Source: an uncultured Calditrichaceae bacterium (GTDB taxonomy: Bacteria > Calditrichota > Calditrichia > RBG-13-44-9 > J075). From it: DNA of 64,000 bases. Below the pieces are notes generated by a model, which saw nothing but the letters and a program-made list of their open reading frames with translations, searched no databases and was not told the origin of the DNA. Location of the stretch: positions 1,684 to 65,683 of the forward strand of contig CAZFVV010000005.1 in assembly GCA_964522165.1 (NCBI GenBank), written 5' to 3'. Below are positions 30,183 through 38,173 of this stretch, one piece after another; the stretch's first letter is position 1; the number at the start of each line of letters is the position of its first letter. The position numbers and the translations under genes are program-made.

Positions 30183-30636
30183 GTACCTATGAGACCTCAA
30201 AGATTTTTGGTAGTGCTAGTACTCCCCGGCAGAGAAAGTCCGTCGATCCTCGTGCCAAAGTTCAACTTCGGCAGGCAATTGGGTTGCGAAGTTGAACTTC
30301 GCAACCAGTAAGCCTGGCGGCGGACTAACTCTGCCGCGATGTACTAGAAAGGTAATGCTGGAGATTAATCAGGGGATTCCGGGTTAAAGCCGGAATGACA
30401 TGAACAACAGTAGTTTAGCTGTCATTCCTGCGAATGCAGGAATTTTATGCCAGCATTAACGATGTAGGACTACCAGATTTTTTGGCGCAGCCATCCCTGT
30501 CGGGAAAAACCTTTGAGGTTTAAATTGCTCCCCCAAAATACACGCCGGAATGCCTCGTTTGCGTTAACCTTCGCGTTTTAAGCGTGCAAAGCTGAAGCTT
30601 TGCACTCCACTCCGGCTGCCCTCCCGACAACTACAT

Positions 30637-31704
30637 TCACATCCCTGTGAATTTGCCGGGATTAAACCTTCCCGGTTCAACTGTCCCTGCCCCTGCTCCT
30701 GCCTTTTCCCCCTGCCACGCCCCGCGCCGCAGCATCTCTTCCTCGATGTGGCGCTGCACCGTGCTGGCGCGCACGCCCCAGACCGGCGCAATCAGGTTTC
30801 GAGGATGGGTTTCGCCTACCAGCCGCTGAAGGTAAATATCCGGGCGAAGGCGGCGGATGAATTCGATCACCAGCGATATGTACTCGCTGTAGCCGAACAC
30901 CGGGAAGGGCTGGCGCTGGTACTCCGCAGCCAGCACGGTCTTTTTGACGATGTGGAGGTGGTGGATTTTCAGGGAGTCGATGGGGTAGCGGGAAATTACC
31001 TGCGCGGTTTGCAGCACCTGCTCCCGGGTCTCGCCCGGCAGGCCTAAGATCACGTGGGCGCACACGTGAATGCCCCGCCCGGCGGTCATCTCCACCGCCT
31101 CGGCCCACTCCCGGAAATCATGCCCGCGGTTGATGCGCTCCAACGTGGCGTCGTGGATCGATTCCAGCCCGTACTCCAGGCTGATGTAATATTTTTTAGC
31201 CAGCTCCTCAAAGTAGGCGAGCTTGGCCGGGTCCACGCAGTCCGGGCGGGTTCCGATCACCAGTCCCAATACCCGGGGATGCGCCAGCGCCTGCGCGTAA
31301 ATCCCTTGCAAATATTCCAGAGGCGCATAGGTATTGCTGTAAGCCTGGAAATAGACCACAAATTTCTCGGCCTTGTAGCGGCGGCCGAGGTAATCCACCC
31401 CCGCCTCCACCTGCTGCGCGATGCTCATCCCCGGCTTGCAATAGGGAGGTACGAAGCTGGCGTTGTTGCAATAGGTGCATCCCCCGAAGGCCTTGCTGCC
31501 GTCGCGGTTGGGGCAGGTAAAACCGGCGTCAACGGAAACCTTTTGCAGCCGCCCCCCGAAACGGGATTTCAGGTAATCTTTGTAGGCGTTGTAGGGACGG
31601 GAGGTGCCCCAGGGGAATACCCGCGCCTTCGCTTTGGCGATTTGCAGAACATTATCTATCATCATCGAGAATTTCCATCTTTGCTGAACATATTTTTCAA
31701 ACAT
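30637..31704 (-). CDS. Radical SAM protein, TIGR01212 (YhcC-like) family.
   Basis: The CPNRDGSKAFGGCTYCN cysteine cluster is present. The true start may be the internal MIDNV about 13 codons downstream. Confidence 0.7.
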   Translation of the reverse strand: MFEKYVQQRWKFSMMIDNVLQIAKAKARVFPWGTSRPYNAYKDYLKSRFGGRLQKVSVDAGFTCPNRDGSKAFGGCTYCNNASFVPPYCKPGMSIAQQVEAGVDYLGRRYKAEKFVVYFQAYSNTYAPLEYLQGIYAQALAHPRVLGLVIGTRPDCVDPAKLAYFEELAKKYYISLEYGLESIHDATLERINRGHDFREWAEAVEMTAGRGIHVCAHVILGLPGETREQVLQTAQVISRYPIDSLKIHHLHIVKKTVLAAEYQRQPFPVFGYSEYISLVIEFIRRLRPDIYLQRLVGETHPRNLIAPVWGVRASTVQRHIEEEMLRRGAWQGEKAGAGAGTVEPGRFNPGKFTGM

Positions 31705-31981
31705 AGCCCGCTGAAAATATAGAAAATAATCCCCCCGCAGTCAATCCGCAGATTCGTTCCCGTCCGCCGACAGATACGCTCGTTAAGGACGTCTTATCAT
31801 GTGGTCTTTGACAATTTTTTCGCCAGGAAGCAGAGCTTCTCCCGGTGTGTGACGATGCGGAGCATCGTCACAAGTCGGAAAGCACAATACGCGTCATGAT
31901 GCTCCGCACCGTGACGCCAGGAACGGGAAGCTCTGCTTCCCGCTCTTCTATCCCTTATGAGATTCTGGCCGGCTAAGGTAA

Positions 31982-34900
31982 TTATTGCATCAGGAGCATT
32001 TTTCGCGCCTGCACGAACGCCGGTTTCCCCGGATTCGATCCCGCGGAAGCGGGTGCGCCGGGGGAGAGCGCGTGTATGATAATGCGGTAAATGTACACGC
32101 CGCTGGCGACCTTTTGCCCCCGGGCATCCCTGCCGTTCCAGGTTACCCGGTAGAACCCGGCCGGCTGGATTTCCGATACCAGGGTGGCGACTTTTTGCCC
32201 CAACAGGCCGTACACCGCCAATTCCACTTCCCCGGGCGCGGGAAGCTGATAGCGGATCGCGGTTTCCGGGTTAAAGGGATTGGGGTAATTCTGCGCCAGC
32301 GCGAAGGTTTCCGGCAGTTGCTGCTCCGCTTTGCTGAGCATTAGCCGCTTGACCCGGGGATCGCGGATCTGCACCGTCGCCCCATCGTTGAGCGTATGCT
32401 CCGCAAGCGCCTGCCCGTCGGCCATCTCTTTTAGGAGGTATTTCACCGCTTCGCTCCCCTCCCCGCGGCGGAAACGCAGGGTGAGGGGATAATTATCCGC
32501 TTGCAGCAGGATTTCCGCCTCGCCGGCGCTGCTCAGGCGGGTGTGGTCGCTGAAACGGGCGTCGAAAATTCCTGCGGGGGGAAGCGGGGGCAATTCAAAA
32601 GAATAACGCCCGCTTCCGGTTTGCGGATTTACTTCCACAAAAAGGGTTTGCCCGGCGCCCCTCGCGTCGCGAATCTCCAGAACGCTGAAGCCGGAGAGAT
32701 CCGGGGAAGCGAAGATATTCCCCGGGGAAACTTTTCCCTGCCCCGCCGCGCAGGAAATCGTGATGCTTCCCGGGGCGCTCGCTTTGATCCAATATCCTTT
32801 CCCCGTTTCCAGGGCCACGGCGGAGAAATACGCCCCGCTGAAGCCGAACAAGGTGTTGGGAACGATGATATTCCCGGGATCCAGCACCCCGGCCAGCGGC
32901 GCGTCGCAGGAAGGCCCGCTGATCAAATTCCAACCGGCGTTCAGGGCGATCTCGCAGCTTTCCAGGGCCCGGCCGGTAATGGCGGGAGAGGCCGCCGCGG
33001 GGAAGCGCAGCCAGTAGCCCTTGCCGGTATCCAGCGCGGTCTGCTGAATGTAGGTATTGTCGAACCAGAACAGGGTGCCGGGAATGTGGGTGGGGAACAG
33101 CGCGCCCACCGAAGGATCGCTCACCTGCGCCGGCAGGCCCAGGAGATTCCAGCCCTCCTGAACGTTCACCACGAACTGTTCCAGCAACACCCCCTGCACC
33201 CACACCGAATAGCTGCGCGGCGGCAGGGAGATTTCGACCTCTCCGTTGGCGTTTACCACCGCGTACAACGCGCCGGAATTGCCCAGCACGTCGGTGAGGG
33301 TATCGCCGGGGGCAAGATTCATGGAAGCGACGTTCACCCCGTGAGTCACCTGGAGCGGCTCCCCGGCGTAATTGATCGCCGCCAGCACGTCGCGCCCGCC
33401 GGGAGCGCCGCTGAGTTGATAGAGCAGGGTGGTGTGATCGTACCCGGAGGTAAAATTTTGTGTGTAGGGAGTGCCGAAACGGCTGAGATAATCCCGCGCA
33501 GTGGCGCCGAAGATATAATTTTTGTGCGTCTCTATCAACCGGTCGATGCGATATTGCAGTCCCTTGTGATAATAATCATCGTAAAAAACGCAGGGCAGGC
33601 CGGCCTGGTTGTTGGTGAGAATGTAGGCGTAGGCAAGAATGGGATCCACCTCCACCGGCTGGCCGGGATCGCGGAAATCGTGGTTGTTCACAAAAGTGAC
33701 CACGTTGAAGCCGCTGGCGCCCTGGGCGTCCACCATGCCGGCGTTGAAGACGTTGCGAACGTCGTAGCCGAACTGGTCCGAAGCGGCTTTGAGGGCAAAA
33801 CGCAGGGAGAAATCGAATATCCGGGGAGAAATCGCCGCTTTGGTGTCGGCGTCCATGTTCGCCAGCACGTTGTCCACCCACTGTTTGAGCAAAAAGGGAT
33901 TCCCGTCGAAGAATTCCCCTACCACCAGGCCGGGATCGATGTTCTGGTCGTGCAGAAAATCCAGCAAATCGCCCACAAAATCCGGCGGGAAGTGCTTCAC
34001 CGCATCCATGCGGAATCCCCGTATCCCCGCGTCTTCCCACAGCCAGCGGCTCCAGCCGAACAGCACGTCGCGGGTGCTCTGCACGTTCTGGTCGTAATCA
34101 TAGAAGAAATACATCGCGTCCCAGTCCCCCGCCAGTTGGGTAGGATTGCCGTTGGGCCTGAAATTCAAGTAATTCATGGCTCCCTGGCCGCTGGGAAGGT
34201 TCTGGAAATCGGTGTAGGTTTGATAGGCGATGCTGCTCTCGATATTTCCGGGGACGCCGGTATAATACAGCTCCGCCACGGTATGGTCGGAATAGTCTCC
34301 TAACCCGTTCACGTTGCGATTGTTCAAGTAGATGAAAATGGTATCTCCCGCGGGATCGAAGTCATCCGCGCCCAACGCCAGGGCGAATTCATCGATGCGG
34401 CAGCCCAGGGCATCGATGTTGGCGAGCATGTCCACTCCCAGGTGGATGCTGTCGGGAGGCTCGCCGCAACCCCCGCCGCCGTTCGGCTCGCTCTCCACCT
34501 CCGGCGGCAGCCCCTGGAAGCCCACGGTGTTGGTTTGTAGGTACACCTTGTAGGGTTTATCGAAGAAATTGGGATGCTCCGATTTGGAGGCGATCTTGAA
34601 ATAGTATGTTCCAGTTCCCCGGCCGCTGGCTCCCCCGATGGGGAGCGCCAGCCGGAAGCGGTCCGAGGGATAGGGCTGGTCGCCGTTCTGGATTTTGCTG
34701 AAGCTCATATTGCGAATCCAGCCCGCCACCGCGGGATTATCTTCGGCCCGGCCGCCGTTGCGGTGATTATAGACCACGTCCGCCACCGCTGCCAGGCCGA
34801 GATTGTTCAGTTCCGCGACCAGGGCGTCCACCGCCGCCCGGCTCCCGAAGCCGGTGGGACCCTGCCCGAATTCGCCTAAGTCGAACAGATCCTGGGGATC

Positions 34901-35146
34901 GTAGCCGTTGCTGAGAGCGCCGCCGCTGGCGCGGGAGAGCGGGGGCAGCCAGATATCGGTGAATCCCGCCTGCGCCAGTTCCGGCGCTTTCAGGCGCAGG
35001 GTATCGGCCCACACCGCTCCCTGGGCGGTTTTGGGGTAATCCCAGTACCAGCCCTGGAAGAGGAAATCCTGCCCTAAAGCGGTTGCCGGGAGAATCGAAC
35101 CAACGATCATAAGCGCTCGAATCGCCAGTTGAAAAGCCATGTTCAT
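31982..35146 (-). CDS. GH13 alpha-amylase family glycoside hydrolase with a T9SS C-terminal sorting domain.
   Basis: A signal peptide, FQGWYWDYP, GH13 catalytic-region motifs (VYNHRNGG, GFRMDAVKH) and a C-terminal [17 protein letters not shown]...LGQKV are present. The start is trimmed to MNMAFQ. Confidence 0.85.
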   Translation of the reverse strand: MNMAFQLAIRALMIVGSILPATALGQDFLFQGWYWDYPKTAQGAVWADTLRLKAPELAQAGFTDIWLPPLSRASGGALSNGYDPQDLFDLGEFGQGPTGFGSRAAVDALVAELNNLGLAAVADVVYNHRNGGRAEDNPAVAGWIRNMSFSKIQNGDQPYPSDRFRLALPIGGASGRGTGTYYFKIASKSEHPNFFDKPYKVYLQTNTVGFQGLPPEVESEPNGGGGCGEPPDSIHLGVDMLANIDALGCRIDEFALALGADDFDPAGDTIFIYLNNRNVNGLGDYSDHTVAELYYTGVPGNIESSIAYQTYTDFQNLPSGQGAMNYLNFRPNGNPTQLAGDWDAMYFFYDYDQNVQSTRDVLFGWSRWLWEDAGIRGFRMDAVKHFPPDFVGDLLDFLHDQNIDPGLVVGEFFDGNPFLLKQWVDNVLANMDADTKAAISPRIFDFSLRFALKAASDQFGYDVRNVFNAGMVDAQGASGFNVVTFVNNHDFRDPGQPVEVDPILAYAYILTNNQAGLPCVFYDDYYHKGLQYRIDRLIETHKNYIFGATARDYLSRFGTPYTQNFTSGYDHTTLLYQLSGAPGGRDVLAAINYAGEPLQVTHGVNVASMNLAPGDTLTDVLGNSGALYAVVNANGEVEISLPPRSYSVWVQGVLLEQFVVNVQEGWNLLGLPAQVSDPSVGALFPTHIPGTLFWFDNTYIQQTALDTGKGYWLRFPAAASPAITGRALESCEIALNAGWNLISGPSCDAPLAGVLDPGNIIVPNTLFGFSGAYFSAVALETGKGYWIKASAPGSITISCAAGQGKVSPGNIFASPDLSGFSVLEIRDARGAGQTLFVEVNPQTGSGRYSFELPPLPPAGIFDARFSDHTRLSSAGEAEILLQADNYPLTLRFRRGEGSEAVKYLLKEMADGQALAEHTLNDGATVQIRDPRVKRLMLSKAEQQLPETFALAQNYPNPFNPETAIRYQLPAPGEVELAVYGLLGQKVATLVSEIQPAGFYRVTWNGRDARGQKVASGVYIYRIIIHALSPGAPASAGSNPGKPAFVQARKMLLMQ

Positions 35147-35190
35147 GCCAGGTATCCTTATAGATCGGTTAAGAATAACTTTGTTAATTT

Positions 35191-35250
35191 CAAAACGGAG
35201 GAGTGCAAAATTTATTTTGCAAAACGGAGGAATGCAAAATTTATTTTGCA
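35191..35250. promoter_or_regulatory. Two tandem 29-bp direct repeats, each containing the perfect 18-bp palindrome TGCAAAATTTATTTTGCA. Likely a dimeric-regulator operator pair upstream of the amylase gene.
   Basis: Palindromes lie at 35204-35221 and 35233-35250 with 29-bp centre spacing. They sit 45-105 bp upstream of the amylase start codon. Confidence 0.4.
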
Positions 35251-35256
35251 CTGCCA

Positions 35257-37122
35257 TCACGCTTCAGTCCAATATATCCGCGCCGCGGGGGTGATGTTGG
35301 TGCTGGGAGAAAGCTCGTCGTAAGAGAGCACCGCCAGGCCCGGAAACTCCCGCTCCAGGAGATCGCGCACCCGTTTTCGAATGCAGGCGATGGTCAAAAT
35401 GGCCGGGAGGGGGTAGCCGGGCGTTTGAGGCAGCAGCGCCAGCTCAGAGCGGATCCCCTGGCGTAAATTTTCGATCTCCCCGTCGCTTAGCGGTTTCTTG
35501 CCGCGGTCGCCGTTCTCGAAAGCGAGGTGCTCCACCAGGCGCGTTTCCCACTGCGTATCCAGCAGATAGACGTTGAGGGTGCTTTGCCAGCGCCCGTAGG
35601 TGTATTTGTGGCTGAGGTACTGGCGCAGACCGGAGCGGGCGAACTGCGCCAACTGCTCCCGCCCCGGCGTTTTCCCAACTCCGATGTCCGGGTGCAGCGC
35701 CAGGGAATCGTCAAAAATGATGTATTTGGAAGGATCGGTTACCACGGCCTGGTAGTGCAGCAGGCGCTCCAAAATGCTGCGCAAATCCCGCACCGACAAC
35801 CCCTCCGCCAACAAATCCCGCACCACCCCGGCCAATTGGGCGGGGGAATAGCGCGCCAGCGCCGCGGAGATGATCTCCGGAAACGCCTGGTCGAGCAGGG
35901 CCAGGTCGTATTCCAGGGTTTCTTTGTCGATCAAACACGCGGCATGGCGGCGCACTTCCGCAGCCAGCGCCAACACGATGTAACCCACTTCGTCCCACAC
36001 CGTCAGGCCCTCTGCTTCCAATTTCTGGCGCTGGGAAGCATCGGCGAGGCTGTTTTCGCGCCGGTTGGCGGGGTTGACTGCCAGCGCCGCCCCGGGCAGG
36101 CCGTAATCCGCCAGGCGCGCGGGGGTTTCATTCACCAGGATTTGCCCCGGGTGAAGGCCGGGGCAGGGATGCGAGCGCAGGTGGTTGATGCGAATGGCAA
36201 AGGTTTTGGGCGGGAGAGTTTTGTCGGCCACGAAGCGCACCCCCGGCGAGCGCACCCCTAACTCGTAGAACATCCCGTCGGAAAAGAGGGTGAAGGTCTC
36301 CCGCAAACGGGAATCGGCCTCCTCGCTCCACACCGAGAGCGTTTCCGAGGCAGTTGTTTCGGCGGATTCAGGGGGCGCGGGAAGAATCTGCCGCAGGTAA
36401 TCGGGATGGATTTCAATATCTATTTTGAGCGGGCGCAAATGCGCAATCAGCGATTCGGCGATCTCTTCATCGGAAACCCGGTGTTGCAGCGATTCACACA
36501 GCCGGCTCAAAACCGTTTCCGTTTCGGCGATGGAAATCCGCAGCTTCAGGAGCGAGCGCAGGAGGTTGAGCAGGCGCTCCGCGCTGAATTTATCCAGTGC
36601 GGCGCAGAGCGTTTCCGGCAGCAACTGCCGGCCCAGGGCGCGGTAAGCCTGCGCGTTGGTTTTCGCCAGCAGCTTCTCCGGCTGCAAGCGGATGATTTCG
36701 GTTACCAACCCGGCTAAAAAATCCGCCAGCAGCGGGATTTCCACCGCGAAAACAGCGGTCGGTTCTCCCGCCGCTCCGGGAGGGGAGATGACCGCGCCCA
36801 GCCAGGCCTGCGCCCCGAAAGTTAGCGGCAATTTGCCCAATTCCCCCACCCCTAAGGCTTCCCATAACGGGCGAATCAGTTCCTCCGGGTACGGAAGCAG
36901 TTGGTTGTGCAGCCGGATTTGCAAGGGTTTCCCGGCCGAACCGCTTTTCAGGGTAATCGCCGGCTCCCCGGGGATGCCCAATTCCGCGGCCATCGCGCCC
37001 AGCTCCTCCTCTAAGCGGGAGAGAAACGGACCGGAAAAATTCGTTTCCTTTGCCAGCAGAGCGTTCAGCTCCTCGCAAAGCTCGATCTTCAAAGAAATTT
37101 TAGGGGGCGCTGAGTGGTTCAT
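35257..37122 (-). CDS. Cytoplasmic FlhA/FHIPEP C-terminal-domain (FlhA_C)-like protein with no transmembrane export-gate domain. Possibly two tandem FlhA_C-like repeats.
   Basis: Segments align to the Salmonella FlhA cytoplasmic domain. LSVRDLRSILERL resembles FlhA IRDMRTILETL. ILVNETPARLADYGLPGAALAVNP resembles WLAINPGTAAGTLPGE. The C-terminal LLEREFPGLAVLSYDEL resembles FlhA LPQLVVLSNLEL. This was recognised by eye from memory of the FlhA sequence. Confidence 0.6.
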   Translation of the reverse strand: MNHSAPPKISLKIELCEELNALLAKETNFSGPFLSRLEEELGAMAAELGIPGEPAITLKSGSAGKPLQIRLHNQLLPYPEELIRPLWEALGVGELGKLPLTFGAQAWLGAVISPPGAAGEPTAVFAVEIPLLADFLAGLVTEIIRLQPEKLLAKTNAQAYRALGRQLLPETLCAALDKFSAERLLNLLRSLLKLRISIAETETVLSRLCESLQHRVSDEEIAESLIAHLRPLKIDIEIHPDYLRQILPAPPESAETTASETLSVWSEEADSRLRETFTLFSDGMFYELGVRSPGVRFVADKTLPPKTFAIRINHLRSHPCPGLHPGQILVNETPARLADYGLPGAALAVNPANRRENSLADASQRQKLEAEGLTVWDEVGYIVLALAAEVRRHAACLIDKETLEYDLALLDQAFPEIISAALARYSPAQLAGVVRDLLAEGLSVRDLRSILERLLHYQAVVTDPSKYIIFDDSLALHPDIGVGKTPGREQLAQFARSGLRQYLSHKYTYGRWQSTLNVYLLDTQWETRLVEHLAFENGDRGKKPLSDGEIENLRQGIRSELALLPQTPGYPLPAILTIACIRKRVRDLLEREFPGLAVLSYDELSPSTNITPAARIYWTEA

Positions 37123-37168
37123 CTCTGGTGCGTTATTTTTATGTTAAACTTTGCGTGAAGCGTACTTC

Positions 37169-37270
37169 GTAATGCGTATTGCGTAACAAAAACGGAATAC
37201 GCAATACGTTTCACGCTTCACGTTTCACCCCAATCCTCCCCCCCGATGCGCTTGCGCCACTCCGGCTTCA
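37169..37270. repeat. Direct repeat copy A flanking the higBA cassette. It is a degenerate duplicate of the 3' end of the 38114-43498 gene plus a TTCACG-rich element.
   Basis: It is about 85% identical to 38071-38173. It contains CCCGATGCGCTTGCGCCACTCCGGCTTCAG. The higA stop codon lies at its edge. Confidence 0.6.
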
Positions 37271-37630
37271 GTTCACCTGCGGTTGAATCAAAATGGAGGC
37301 GGGAATATTCAAGCCCCGTTCAAGGTTGCGAATCATTCGCAGTGACAACGGCCGTTTGCCATTCAATACTTCCGAAACTTTGCCTTTGCTGCCTATGAAT
37401 TGTTGCAGGTCCTTCTGCTTCAACCCCAACTGTTCCATACGAAAACGAATCGCTTCGATCGGTGTCGGCTTGTCAATCGGCCATCGCTTCTCTTCGTAAG
37501 CATCCACAAGGGTCATCAAAATATCGAGCTTGTCTCCTTCCGGGGTGCCAACTTCAGCCCCCCAAAGACGCTCGATTTCCCCTAAGGCTTCTGTATGATC
37601 AGCGTCTGTCTTGATAGGCTTAATATTCAT
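37268..37630 (-). CDS. higA: HigA-family antitoxin (XRE-type HTH).
   Basis: An HTH region is present and the gene lies immediately downstream of higB with a 2-nt gap. Confidence 0.8.
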   Translation of the reverse strand: MNIKPIKTDADHTEALGEIERLWGAEVGTPEGDKLDILMTLVDAYEEKRWPIDKPTPIEAIRFRMEQLGLKQKDLQQFIGSKGKVSEVLNGKRPLSLRMIRNLERGLNIPASILIQPQVN

Positions 37631-37632
37631 AA

Positions 37633-37929
37633 TTAGATCTCCTTTGCGTCTATTTTGTCATACTCGGCATGTGTGCCTATGAAACGGATAAATACACCTT
37701 TTCGCCTATAGTCGATTGCACACACAAGCCTGTAAGCGTTGCCCTTTATATTGAAAACTATTCGATCATTGCTGATAATACTGGCATTGGGATATTGATT
37801 CTTTACCTCTTGTGGAGAATCCCAATCGGCTTTTTTGGTTTCATGATACCATGCCTCAAGCGGAGTCTTCGCCTCGGCGTGGCCGGCTTCCCAGAATTCT
37901 CTAAGTGTTTTTCTTGAAAATATACGCAT
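37633..37929 (-). CDS. higB: HigB-family type II toxin (RelE/ParE superfamily).
   Basis: The protein begins MRIFSRKTLREFWE and contains NAYRLVCAIDYRRKGVFIRFIGTHAEYDKIDA, typical of HigB. It is AT-rich. Confidence 0.8.
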   Translation of the reverse strand: MRIFSRKTLREFWEAGHAEAKTPLEAWYHETKKADWDSPQEVKNQYPNASIISNDRIVFNIKGNAYRLVCAIDYRRKGVFIRFIGTHAEYDKIDAKEI

Positions 37930-38070
37930 GTAACAATGTAAACAGTTCCCGAATCGGGAAAAAGGAGTTTAAATCGCGATTCGAACCGTTCTCGTGTAAT
38001 GGTCACCTTTTGAGGAATTTTCCATTAGAACCATACCCTTGATGGCGAGTGTGAAACATGAAGCGGAAAA

Positions 38071-38173
38071 CGTAATGCGTAACAAAAACGGAAAACGAAA
38101 CACGCAATACGCTTCACGCTTCACGCTTCAACTCAATCCTCCCCCCGATGCGCTTGCGCCACTCCGGCTTCAG
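38071..38173. repeat. Direct repeat copy B. It overlaps the 3' coding end of the giant TPR / FlhA_C gene.
   Basis: It encodes the terminal residues ...ELKPEWRKRIGGRIELKREA* of the giant protein. Its partner is 37169-37270. Confidence 0.6.

Noticed and set aside
32501-34303. A 600-aa plus-strand ORF antisense to the amylase gene.
   Set aside because: It is a GC-rich antisense frame with a G/R/P-rich low-complexity translation and no recognisable motifs. The minus-strand GH13/T9SS gene explains the region.
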